Positions 1 through 8,426 of a DNA stretch of 40,004 nt are shown here, one piece after another. The translations under genes were made by a program, and so were the position numbers. Position 1 is the first letter of the stretch; each line of letters begins with the position of its first letter. The notes beneath the pieces are model-generated. The model saw only the letters and a list, made by a program, of their open reading frames with translations. It was not told where the DNA came from and searched no databases. The stretch covers positions 1-40,004 of the forward strand of contig CAMWXA010000001.1 in NCBI GenBank assembly GCA_947178035.1, read 5' to 3'. The stretch comes from an uncultured Lachnospiraceae bacterium (GTDB taxonomy: Bacteria > Bacillota > Clostridia > Lachnospirales > Lachnospiraceae).

Positions 1-266
1 GGTGATACATTGAGCCAGGAGCCATCTTCGATTACCTGGTATGTTGCATCTATGCCGATTATGAAGGCAAAGACACCGCAGATTTGCCCCTGGCGGGTCA
101 TTACATAGGATTGTTTTTTGCGGATATCGTCCTGAATGGTTTCAGGAGATGGCTTATCAGTTCCCCACTGTGTTGGATTGCCAACGAGACGCATCTGTTC
201 CCGCGCATAGGAGTAGATAGCACTGATGGTCTGCAGGTCGCTGTCAGCAGCAGGCCGTATTGTCAT
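1..266 (-). CDS. GNAT family N-acetyltransferase, partial (runs off window start)
   Basis: Not in the ORF track. My minus-strand translation from ATG at 266: MTIRPAADSDLQTISAIYSYAREQMRLVGNPTQWGTDKPSPETIQDDIRKKQSYV...GVFAFIIGIDATYQVIEDGSWLN. This matches the common Firmicutes GNAT N-terminus (GNPxQW...DI...SYV...G.WL). Confidence 0.8.
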   Translation of the reverse strand, partial: MTIRPAADSDLQTISAIYSYAREQMRLVGNPTQWGTDKPSPETIQDDIRKKQSYVMTRQGQICGVFAFIIGIDATYQVIEDGSWLNVS

Positions 267-280
267 AACATCATTCTTTC

Positions 281-1135
281 TTAGGTTCGTCCCATACACC
301 GCTTGATTTCCTCTGTTGTGTCCACACATGGAATTTTCTGTATGAAGGTATCAAAATTACCGTTTGCATAATATTCTCTGACAACCGTTCTGATCAGCGC
401 CAGAGGAACGACATCCCGCTCCTGCGGCGTAAATTCCCCATAGGGTGTTTGCAGCCGGACTCTGTTTGTCAGATGTTTTTTTGCTTTGTCTATGACAGAG
501 TAAGTACGAAAATCTCCGTTGGGAAGATTGACGCGTGTCTCTGCAACGAATTGATTATTCACACCGTAAAACTGCAGATATCCGTCTGCTGATTTCAATA
601 TCAGGAAATCCTCCCTGCCGTTCTCAATGAGCAGGATATATTGGTCAATATCCTCATATCTTACATCCTTTTCCTTGCGTCCGGATTCTAACTCAATGTC
701 AATCACACGCTCCGCCTGAAATGCAGTTTTGTTCGACGGAAAAGCTCCGTCTGCGATCATAATTGCCACTTTGCAGAAAGACCGCACATCGTCCTCTGGT
801 CCATTGAGAATCCGTTTGTGTGCTTTTGAGACAGGATATATTTCGTTATTCTCTTTTTTCAGAGCCGGAGTTCCTTCGTTGATATCCCATGCAAACCCCT
901 TTTCTCCCAGATGGATTCGCAGCAGGGTTTCTCCCAGATAAATGCCAAAGTGAACAGCGATATTCCATAAGGTGCTGGCACCGTCATCGCCATCATAGCT
1001 GTCCAGGTTTTCATGGTAAGCGGCTAAGATTTCTTCCACTTTTTCAATGCTTTGCTCTGTGTAATCCAAAATGATATCATTTTGTTTCGCGTATGCGACT
1101 GCCCTTTCGGCAATTTCTTGGTAATTGAGTTCCAT
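281..1135 (-). CDS. Hypothetical protein, N-terminal DUF3806-like domain plus unknown C-terminal domain
   Basis: Start reset to MELNYQEIAE (GGAGG RBS just upstream). LDYTEQSIEKVEEIL...FGIYLGETL...W...KRILNGPED resembles DUF3806-type proteins. Confidence 0.6.
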   Translation of the reverse strand: MELNYQEIAERAVAYAKQNDIILDYTEQSIEKVEEILAAYHENLDSYDGDDGASTLWNIAVHFGIYLGETLLRIHLGEKGFAWDINEGTPALKKENNEIYPVSKAHKRILNGPEDDVRSFCKVAIMIADGAFPSNKTAFQAERVIDIELESGRKEKDVRYEDIDQYILLIENGREDFLILKSADGYLQFYGVNNQFVAETRVNLPNGDFRTYSVIDKAKKHLTNRVRLQTPYGEFTPQERDVVPLALIRTVVREYYANGNFDTFIQKIPCVDTTEEIKRCMGRT

Positions 1136-1227
1136 ATTAGCCTCCATGCCGCCTTTGGCGGCGCAAATAGATATGAAAAACGCTGTCCTCCGCGTTTTTC
1201 CTGCGGATGAATGGGACGCTGCCTTTT

Positions 1228-1623
1228 CTATGGTCTGGGAAGCAGCTCTCTGGATTCTTTCCATATAAAATGCTGCTGTCTTCGCGCTTCGTGTCTTGCC
1301 ATGCCGCCTGCTTTGTGCTGGTAATTATCGCATCGCCAGCGCTTTTTGAGACTGGTGGGATCCCCATTGATGTATTCCAGTTCATATGCATCATAGGGTG
1401 TCGGCGGGCGCATGCTGCAATATGGACAGCCTGGCTCTCCGCATACGTCGTCCAGCCATTCCAGGCAGGACATACAGGCCCACGCATCATATCTGTCAAA
1501 TAGTATCAGCGATTTTTCCCCGCAGTCTGGGCAGACAGAATCTTTGGAAATATAACCGAGCAGTTTCCATCTCCATTGCTTTTTACGGGATTTTAGAGCG
1601 TTTTTTCTGTTTTTCATATTCAT
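1228..1623 (-). CDS. Small Cys-rich putative Zn-binding protein
   Basis: Motifs CPDCG, CMSC and CGEPGCPYC, with a basic N-terminus. The start at MNMKNRK is a best guess (weak RBS). Confidence 0.55.
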   Translation of the reverse strand: MNMKNRKNALKSRKKQWRWKLLGYISKDSVCPDCGEKSLILFDRYDAWACMSCLEWLDDVCGEPGCPYCSMRPPTPYDAYELEYINGDPTSLKKRWRCDNYQHKAGGMARHEARRQQHFIWKESRELLPRP

Positions 1624-2021
1624 CACCGTATTTGTAATTACTTGTTTATTTCTTTCTGGCTTTAAAGCCTTGGAAGATAAACGGTATACAGTTTTATTAT
1701 AATGGGAATGTGGGGATTTTTCAATGAAAAATAAAATATAAGAACACAAACAAAAGTTCAGAGGTATAAACTATAAAAGACTTAATATGGCACTCGAGAG
1801 CGGTCAGTATAGAGCCAAGGGAACAGGCAAGGCAGAGGATGATTGAACAAAATAAGGAAATGGTAAATTAACTAAATTTTGATAGAATTGTATGAGCGTG
1901 TGTGGTAAAATATCCACATTGAATAGTTCGACATATTTGCTGAAAAGCACTCAAAAGTTTACATTCAGCAATTCTAACTTGCTATACATATTGTTAATAA
2001 AAAGATATAATGGGTGAGAAA

Positions 2022-2201
2022 ATGACAACAGGTGAAAAATTAGCGTTGCTGCGTGAAAGAAAAGGTATTACACAAGAAAAATTGTCTGAAATATTAAATG
2101 TGTCCCGCCAGTCTGTTTCAAGATGGGAAACTGATATATGTTTTCCTGAAACGGATAAACTTATTAAATTAATACCCTATGCTAAAACAAAAATTTTTTG
2201 A
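2022..2201 (+). pseudogene. XRE-family HTH protein, very short and probably truncated
   Basis: GEKLALLRERKGITQEKLSEILNVSRQSVSRWETD...PETDKL is a canonical XRE HTH, but it ends before the usual final helix (LF.VS.DYLL). Confidence 0.6.
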
Positions 2202-2277
2202 TGAAACAGAAATGTTTCTTGTCATTTTCAGATTGCTTATTGACGAAATTCGTATTTATTAAACATGGAGGATTAAA

Positions 2278-2718
2278 ATGGAAAAACGAACGCAGGAGAC
2301 AGAAAAAATACTGAACGAGCGGTTTAACAGGGACAATATAATTGCTCTGGCAACGGTACAAGACGGAATGCCATATGTCCGCAACGTAAATGGATTTTAT
2401 GAGGATGGTTCATTCTATGTGATTACATATGCACTTTCCAACAAAATGAAACAAATAGAAAAAAATCCATATGTGGCGATTAGCGGCGATTGGTTTACAG
2501 CACATGGAAAGGGAGTAAACTTAGGCTGGTTCTGTGCGGACAACAATAGGAACATTGCCGGGAAGCTAAGAGAGGCTTTTAAGGAGTGGATTGACAATGG
2601 GCACAATAATTTTGAGGATGAAAATACTTGTATTCTTCGCATTGAATTGACGGACGGTGTTTTGCTCTCACATGGAACAAGATACGATATCGATTTTTGT
2701 GATAAGGGTTGTAAATAG
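2278..2718 (+). CDS. Pyridoxamine 5'-phosphate oxidase family (FMN-binding split barrel) protein
   Basis: IALATVQDGMPYVRNVN...YVITYALSNKMKQIEKNPYVAI; GGAGG RBS. Confidence 0.85.
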   Translation: MEKRTQETEKILNERFNRDNIIALATVQDGMPYVRNVNGFYEDGSFYVITYALSNKMKQIEKNPYVAISGDWFTAHGKGVNLGWFCADNNRNIAGKLREAFKEWIDNGHNNFEDENTCILRIELTDGVLLSHGTRYDIDFCDKGCK

Positions 2719-2742
2719 GGCAGCCACCGCCCTATTTACAAC
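2708..2742. terminator. Bidirectional hairpin terminator between convergent genes
   Basis: GTTGTAAATAGGGC-agccacc-GCCCTATTTACAAC, a perfect 14-bp stem. Confidence 0.75.
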
Positions 2743-2760
2743 AAAAGATTGAAGAACAGG

Positions 2761-4530
2761 CTATTTAGCCGGGTTACATTTTACGAGATTCACGACTTGT
2801 TCAAGACTCATTTCTCCCATGTCCTGTTTATCAGGCTCTGCGTCTCGTTGTCTTACGGATACAGACATATTATTTTTCTCGTTTTCGCCCAGGATAATCA
2901 TATATGGCACCTTATCCATGCGTGCTTCACGGATCTTATATCCAAGTTTCTCACTTCTGACATCCACTTCTGCCCGGATATCATTTTCTTCCAAAATTTC
3001 CTTAACTTTCTTAGCATAATCATTATATTTATCGGAAACTGGAAGAACCTTAACCTGTACAGGTGCAATCCACGCAGGAAATTTCCCTGCACAATGTTCG
3101 AGTAAAATGCCAATAAAACGTTCTATCGAGCCAAATACAACTCTATGCAGCATAATCGGGCGATGCTTTTCTCCATCTGCGCCAATATAGTCAATATTAA
3201 ATCTTTGCGGGAGCTGGAAATCAAGCTGAATCGTTCCGCACTGCCACGTTCTGCCGATGGAATCTTTTATGTGAAAATCAAGTTTGGGGCCATAGAATGC
3301 ACCATCTCCTTCATTTACTGCATAGGACTTGCCCATTCCCAGCACTGCTTTTTCTAAAGCCTCCGTGGCAAGCTGCCAATCCGCATCACTTCCTATGGAA
3401 TGCTCTGGCCTCGTTGACAGTTCAATTTCATAGGAAAACCCAAACTTTTGGTAGACTTCATCAATAAGGCGCATAACACCCTGTATCTCATCCACGACCT
3501 GATCTTCTCTCATAAGAATGTGAGCGTCATCCTGCGTAAAGGAACGCACTCTCATGAGGCCATGTAATGTTCCGGACTTTTCATTGCGATGCACAAGCCC
3601 TAATTCTGCTATCCGCATAGGAAGCTCCTTATAGGACCTCGGTTCCAGTTTGTACACCAGCATTCCACCCGGACAACTCATTGGTTTGATTGCATAATCA
3701 TCCTCTTCAACCTTAAGAGAGTACATGATATCTCGATAAAAATCCCAATGACCAGATGTCTCCCAGAGACTTCTTTCCAGCATAATGGGCGTAGAAATTT
3801 CAACATATCCTTCTCTGCGATGGATTTTTCTCCAATAATCAATCAGCAGGTTCTTTAATATCATTCCCTTTGGCAGGAATACTGGTAATCCTGGTCCCTC
3901 ATCAAAAATCGTAAATATTCCAAGTTCCTTTCCGAGTTTTCTGTGGTCTCTTGCCTTTGCTTCTTCAACCATATGCAGATATTCATCCAATTGTGCCGCC
4001 TTTGGAAAAGATATGCCATAGATTCTTGTAAGCATTTGATTTTTTTCGCTGCCTCTCCAATAGGCTCCAGCCACTGACAATAGCTTGACAGCTTTAATCT
4101 GACACACATTAGAAATATGTGGTCCTGCACAGAACTCCTCATATTCTCCCTGCTTATAGAAGCTAATCTGCTCCGCATCATTCAGTTCCTGAATCAGCTC
4201 AATTTTATACGTTTCACCGGCCTTCTCCATAAAGCGAAGCGCTTCTTCTTTTGACTTTTCATAGACTTGCAGGGAGAGAGATTCCTTTATAATCTTTCGC
4301 ATTTCTGCTTCGATTGCCTTTAAATGCTCTTCTGAAAATGAAAAATCAAACTGAAAATCATAATAAAATCCATGTTCGATTGCCGGACCAATGGCGCACT
4401 TTGTTTCTGGATATAAGCGTTTTACAGCCTGTGCAAGCACATGTGCACTCGTATGCCAAAAGGCTTTTTTGCCCTCCTGTTCTTCAAAGTTTACGTCTAC
4501 AATTTCTCCATTTTTTCGCAGAACCTTCAT
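2761..4530 (-). CDS. thrS: Threonyl-tRNA synthetase, short form lacking most of the N-terminal TGS domain
   Basis: Editing motifs HTSAH and CAGPH, LWETSGHW, KPMSCPG, RVRSFTQDDAH, GAFYGPK, WQCGTIQLDF, GSIERF and the anticodon-binding domain. Start MKVLRK follows an AAGGAG RBS. Confidence 0.96.
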   Translation of the reverse strand: MKVLRKNGEIVDVNFEEQEGKKAFWHTSAHVLAQAVKRLYPETKCAIGPAIEHGFYYDFQFDFSFSEEHLKAIEAEMRKIIKESLSLQVYEKSKEEALRFMEKAGETYKIELIQELNDAEQISFYKQGEYEEFCAGPHISNVCQIKAVKLLSVAGAYWRGSEKNQMLTRIYGISFPKAAQLDEYLHMVEEAKARDHRKLGKELGIFTIFDEGPGLPVFLPKGMILKNLLIDYWRKIHRREGYVEISTPIMLERSLWETSGHWDFYRDIMYSLKVEEDDYAIKPMSCPGGMLVYKLEPRSYKELPMRIAELGLVHRNEKSGTLHGLMRVRSFTQDDAHILMREDQVVDEIQGVMRLIDEVYQKFGFSYEIELSTRPEHSIGSDADWQLATEALEKAVLGMGKSYAVNEGDGAFYGPKLDFHIKDSIGRTWQCGTIQLDFQLPQRFNIDYIGADGEKHRPIMLHRVVFGSIERFIGILLEHCAGKFPAWIAPVQVKVLPVSDKYNDYAKKVKEILEENDIRAEVDVRSEKLGYKIREARMDKVPYMIILGENEKNNMSVSVRQRDAEPDKQDMGEMSLEQVVNLVKCNPAK

Positions 4531-4580
4531 AATTTGCTGCTCCTTTCTCTTTTCGGCTTTAACGATTTGGCAACAACATA

Positions 4581-4825
4581 AGAAAAGCACCCTTAAGACC
4601 ATAATCATATCGTCTTAAGGGTGCACTTGGCACGGTTCCACCTTAACTTTTCACTTCAGATTCTATCAAATCCTATCCTTTAACGCAGGCATACGGTAAC
4701 ACTTACTTATTTCAGCATTACAGCTCTGGAATGGTTTTCGTCTAATTTCCACATAAACAGCTTCCACCAAGTGCTGTTCTCTCTGGATGTTTCCAAATAA
4801 ACTACTTTTTTCCGTCATTGCTTTT
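4581..4825 (-). promoter_or_regulatory. T-box riboswitch with Thr specifier (ACC) and intrinsic terminator
   Basis: On the minus strand: stem I with AGAGA and GGTGGAA elements, specifier GAAA-ACC-A (ACC at 4733-4735), antiterminator AAGG-TGGAACC-GTG...CAC-CCTT (4631-4644), and terminator GCACCCTTAAGAC/GTCTTAAGGGTGC followed by TTTT. Confidence 0.93.
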
Positions 4826-4842
4826 CTTATGTTATTGATGGT

Positions 4843-4871
4843 ACTTTATCACAACTTTTTTATTTTGTCAA
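4843..4871 (-). promoter_or_regulatory. Sigma-A promoter for the T-box/thrS
   Basis: TTGACA-17 nt-TAAAGT with a TG extended -10 on the minus strand. Confidence 0.7.
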
Positions 4872-5012
4872 TGCTCATTTTAACTCAAAACGGCACGATA
4901 TTAACTTGCCCATGAGGGCGAAAACAAGGGAAAAGGATAGTTAACATTGCGCTAATCCTTGAAAACAGGGAAAGCTACGGGAAAGGCATACAAACCGGAA
5001 GTTGTATGAGCG

Positions 5013-5660
5013 TTACTGCAGGCTTTGAAAATATGGTAGAGATTCCAAATACTCAATGCATTTTTGGGCACAGTTTGTTATGTAATCACGTATTTGCTGC
5101 TCTGATATATATGCGGTATGAAGCATAGGTTTTCTCTTGTTATGATATTCAAAAATCAATTTTTCTTTCCAGACCGCAACATCCTCTGAATCAATCAAAC
5201 CTTCTAATGAATATGATTTGCTTTTACTGATAGCTTTTATGATATGGGAGGCATCCTTTTCCCAAAACATCAATTGATCTATTTGTTCACAGTCTGCATA
5301 ATAAGCCTCATTCATTGACATATTATGCGCAGGTGCTTTGAGAAATTCTTCTTTGAATGGAACTCTGATAGAATGATACCATATCATATCAGACAGTAAA
5401 TGAACAAGGTAGCCAACTACAAAATCTGTATTCTTGGATGTATTGTATTTATCAAAAAATGTGTCAAAGTAACTGATAGGACTTTTGCTGTTAAAACGAT
5501 AGTGCGATATATCCTTGAGTTCTCTTGTATAGTTCTCTTTTACATGAACTGCATCTGGAGCAATGCTTCCTGACAAAAAATCGCCATAAGAATAAAGTGA
5601 ACTGAATTTTTGGGTATATACTTTATCTGCGATGAGCAAGTGCATCATTGGTTGAGCCAT
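5013..5660 (-). CDS. Zinc-dependent phospholipase C-like / metal-dependent hydrolase
   Basis: MxxPMMH, GSIAPD, SHY and GYLVHLLSD metal-ligand pattern; GGAGG RBS. Confidence 0.75.
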   Translation of the reverse strand: MAQPMMHLLIADKVYTQKFSSLYSYGDFLSGSIAPDAVHVKENYTRELKDISHYRFNSKSPISYFDTFFDKYNTSKNTDFVVGYLVHLLSDMIWYHSIRVPFKEEFLKAPAHNMSMNEAYYADCEQIDQLMFWEKDASHIIKAISKSKSYSLEGLIDSEDVAVWKEKLIFEYHNKRKPMLHTAYISEQQIRDYITNCAQKCIEYLESLPYFQSLQ

Positions 5661-5917
5661 ATTTATCCTCCGAATATAGCATCACATAATGTAAGGGTTT
5701 CATTAGCTGTTATATTTTATTAATAAATTCTCCACTTTTCTGTAAGCGAGCTTCCTGCTATGCATTTCCTTGTGTTATATCGTTTCACAAGGATTTTTAA
5801 ACTTTCATAAGGGCAAAAATAAGGAAAGTCAACTTACGGAATACATTATAACACAATATGAATGGATTGTGTGAACTGATTAGTTTGAAAATACTCCCTG
5901 CTCACAAAATGCTCTTA

Positions 5918-6170
5918 GGAACTGTTAAGAATTAACCCTACAGATGACAGGAACACATCATGTATACTTTCCAAGGCTTTTGCAAAACATGGCATGACCG
6001 GAGCAGACGGCGGCAAAAGAAAAGTATAAGAAAACGCTTTCGTTTTTGGAAAAAGTATTATTAGAACGATTGAAAATTTAAAATAGGAGTCTGGAATCTG
6101 ACCGCTTCTTTGGGACGGAGTGCAGTCTACTGATTGACACAGGATTGGGCTTTATGGCTCTAACAGTTCC
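5918..6170. mobile_element. Possible MITE of the GGAACTGT family (253 bp) overlapping the hydrolase 3' end
   Basis: Perfect 10-bp inverted ends GGAACTGTTA/TAACAGTTCC. TTA lies on the left and cTTA on the right (imperfect duplication). Confidence 0.4.
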
Positions 6171-6895
6171 CTTACTCTGTCCACATATGCATCGGCATGA
6201 TTGATACTGAGTTCCCCATGATGATAGCCCTTTAAGGTTTCTAGTGTGCTGTTGGGTATCAGCTCCTGTATGGCGCGCGCGGATTGTTTCATGATTGGTC
6301 TTTCTCTGCTGCCGACGAGTACAAGTGTTTTTGCTTTGCAGTCGGACAGAGGGCTTTTAAGCGTATAGTTCGTATTGGCTTGCAGAATGGATATATAGTC
6401 AGATTTTGTTATGCCGCAGGTATCTTTATAATAATCCTCAAACAGACTGTTCCTGATATGCAGGCTTTGAAACTGCAGCTTTGAAAACCATCGCTGGCGA
6501 ATCAGTCCATAGGAGAGGCGAAGGCTGGGTGCAATCAGCTTATGGGTGGTTTTCAGAGGATACGCCAATGCGCTCTCAATCATCGCACAGCCACATATGG
6601 AGTTCCTTTGCGATAACATTTCCAATAAGATTTGACCGCCGAGTGACAAGCCGCCGATAAACTTCACGCTGCCGTTGCAATTTTGGTCAATGAAATTGAT
6701 GAGTTCACTGGCGTTGTCTTCGATGGAGGCAAAGGGGCGGTCGCTTTGGGAGTGTCCGTCCAAGATCGGAACAATGATGTGATACTCTTTTTCAAGGGAT
6801 TGAATTTCACCAGTATAATTCCACCAGGAAAGGCCGCCGCCATGAAGGAAAATGAGAATGTCGCGGTTTTTGGTTCCAAATTCTTTTACTATCAT
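6152..6895 (-). CDS. Alpha/beta fold hydrolase
   Basis: HGGGLS oxyanion motif, GLSLGG nucleophile elbow, C-terminal His (HHGE); AAGGAGG RBS. Confidence 0.88.
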   Translation of the reverse strand: MIVKEFGTKNRDILIFLHGGGLSWWNYTGEIQSLEKEYHIIVPILDGHSQSDRPFASIEDNASELINFIDQNCNGSVKFIGGLSLGGQILLEMLSQRNSICGCAMIESALAYPLKTTHKLIAPSLRLSYGLIRQRWFSKLQFQSLHIRNSLFEDYYKDTCGITKSDYISILQANTNYTLKSPLSDCKAKTLVLVGSRERPIMKQSARAIQELIPNSTLETLKGYHHGELSINHADAYVDRVRELLEP

Positions 6896-7035
6896 AGTCA
6901 GCGCTCCTCCTTAGAAAATTGATTTTTCACAAATCCTGTTATTTGCCAGTTTGTATGGCTTGACAGAGCGTTTGGGGTATTATACTGCCTTTGAGACAGG
7001 GTGTCAGCAGAACATCCAACTATAAATTCTTTTAC

Positions 7036-7191
7036 TCACTGTACCTTTATTGAAAATCCTTCATATATTCCAACTGATACTTCTTCACCAAACGAATATT
7101 GCTCCATTGTTTCTTTCTCAAACCGATATACTGTAACCAATTCTTTTGTCGGATCTACAATCCAATATCCTTCCTTCCATATAGCAATCAT
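7036..7191 (-). pseudogene. Uma2-family endonuclease C-terminal remnant
   Basis: My translation: MIAIWKEGYWIVDPTKELVTVYRFEKETMEQYSFGEEVSVGIYEGFSIKVQ*. YWIVDP...V.VY.F is the Uma2 C-terminal signature; the catalytic N-terminus is absent. Confidence 0.75.
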
Positions 7192-7278
7192 ATCTTATTA
7201 TTGATGATTAATCAATCATAATTTATCATGGCGGTTCTTTAAGTTTGTTATTGGTTACTTTAGAAAAATGCGCGCAGC

Positions 7279-7306
7279 TTGACATTTTGCCTTTGTATGT
7301 TATAAT
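7279..7306 (+). promoter_or_regulatory. Sigma-A promoter of the riboswitch/ECF gene
   Basis: TTGACA-16 nt-TATAAT with TGn extended -10. Confidence 0.8.
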
Positions 7307-7330
7307 CTGAATAACAATTGAATCGTAATG

Positions 7331-7445
7331 ATGTCTTCAGGGCAGGGTGAAATTCCCGATCGGCGGTGACAGTCCGCGGGTGCGAGAGCACGGGGTTTGG
7401 TGAAATTCCAGAACCGACGGTATAGTCCGGATTAAAGAAGGTGTA
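7331..7445 (+). ncRNA. FMN (RFN) riboswitch aptamer, with non-consensus core nucleotides
   Basis: TCTTCAGGGCAGGGTGAAATTCCCGATCGGCGGT...AGTCCGCG...TTTGGTGAAATTCCAGAACCGACGGTATAGTCCGGAT..AAGAAG. Both T-loop arms are present, and the element lies upstream of an ECF S component. Confidence 0.92.
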
Positions 7446-7531
7446 TTGTGATAGTCAGGATAAAGCTGACTATGATTTTTGCACTCTTTTTTGTCCAACT
7501 GCTCTGTTGACATGTTCAATACACCTGAATT

Positions 7532-7578
7532 TTAACACCTGAAAGGCATTCAGATCCTTTCAAGTGTTAATTTTTTTT
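7532..7578 (+). terminator. Riboswitch expression-platform terminator
   Basis: TTAACAC-c-TGAAAGG...CCTTTCA-a-GTGTTAA followed by 8 T. The 5' arm (ACACCT) can alternatively pair with the P1 3' strand AGGTGT. Confidence 0.8.
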
Positions 7579-7592
7579 AGGAGGTATTTCAG

Positions 7593-8243
7593 ATGAAAAA
7601 CAGTAAAACAAGGAAACTCACAACAGTAGGCATGTTATGTGCGCTCGCATACGTCGCAGTGATGGTCGGGCGCATACCGATTGTACTTTTTTTGAAGTAT
7701 GATCCCAAAGATGTAATCATTGCAATCAGCGGATTCCTTTTTGGGCCGCTTACCGCATTTGCAGTAACGATGATTGTTTCTGTAGTGCAAATGGTCACGA
7801 TTAGCGGAACGGGGATTTTTGGCTGTATGATGAATATAATTTCGAGCTGCTCCTTTGCATGTACCGCCGCATGGATCTACAAAAAGAAACGGAAACTGTC
7901 CGGTGCAATGCTTGGGCTTTTCTGCGGCTGCGGATGTCAGGTTGTAATCATGATGTTTTGGAATTATCTGATTGCACCAATCTATATGGGATATCCGAGA
8001 GAAGCCGTTGTGGAATTGCTGCTTCCGGCGTTTTTACCGTTCAATCTGGTGAAGGGAGGACTGAACGCCGCGATTACAATGCTTTTATATAAACCTGTTG
8101 TCACTGTTCTGCGCCGGTCGAATCTCATTGAAACCGGTCATGATTCAGAGAAAGTGCGGATAAAGACGGGCGTTTTATTGACAGCTTTGTTCATGATCAT
8201 AACTTGTGTGTTGTTGATTCTTTCTTTAAATGATGTGATATGA
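7593..8243 (+). CDS. ribU: ECF transporter S component, riboflavin transporter RibU-like
   Basis: Multi-TM protein with FLKYDPKDV...GFLFGP and PFNLVKG motifs, under an FMN-class riboswitch. Confidence 0.78.
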   Translation: MKNSKTRKLTTVGMLCALAYVAVMVGRIPIVLFLKYDPKDVIIAISGFLFGPLTAFAVTMIVSVVQMVTISGTGIFGCMMNIISSCSFACTAAWIYKKKRKLSGAMLGLFCGCGCQVVIMMFWNYLIAPIYMGYPREAVVELLLPAFLPFNLVKGGLNAAITMLLYKPVVTVLRRSNLIETGHDSEKVRIKTGVLLTALFMIITCVLLILSLNDVI

Positions 8244-8324
8244 TATGAGGCAGGAAGCAGAGCAGTTAAGGAACTGTGAGAATATATGAAGCAGGAAGCA
8301 GAGCAGTTAAGGAACTGTGAGAAT
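8243..8324 (+). repeat. Tandem duplication of 41 bp (2 copies, 1 mismatch)
   Basis: ATATGA(G/A)GCAGGAAGCAGAGCAGTTAAGGAACTGTGAGAAT at 8243-8283 and 8284-8324; each copy carries a TAA|GGAACTGT end motif. Confidence 0.92.
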
Positions 8325-8377
8325 ACTTGTCACAGGTTATTTCGGAACAATTTATAAGGACAAATTGATTGATGTAA

Positions 8378-8426
8378 GGAACTGTGAAAAAAATGTGCGG
8401 ATTGCGCAGGATTTTTTCATGGTTCC
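8378..8426. repeat. Miniature GGAAC...GTTCC hairpin, likely acting as terminator between convergent genes
   Basis: GGAACTGTGAAAAAAAT...ATTTTTTCATGGTTCC, directly abutting the TAA stop (8427-8429) of the GNAT gene. Confidence 0.6.

Noticed and set aside
1888-5013. 12-bp direct repeat TTGTATGAGCGT (1888-1899 and 5002-5013) as att sites around the thrS segment
   Set aside because: Many 12-mer matches are expected by chance in 40 kb, there is no integrase, and the AT-rich character extends beyond the repeat.
8243-8324. Mini-CRISPR or attenuator
   Set aside because: Only two abutting copies without a spacer; a simple tandem duplication.
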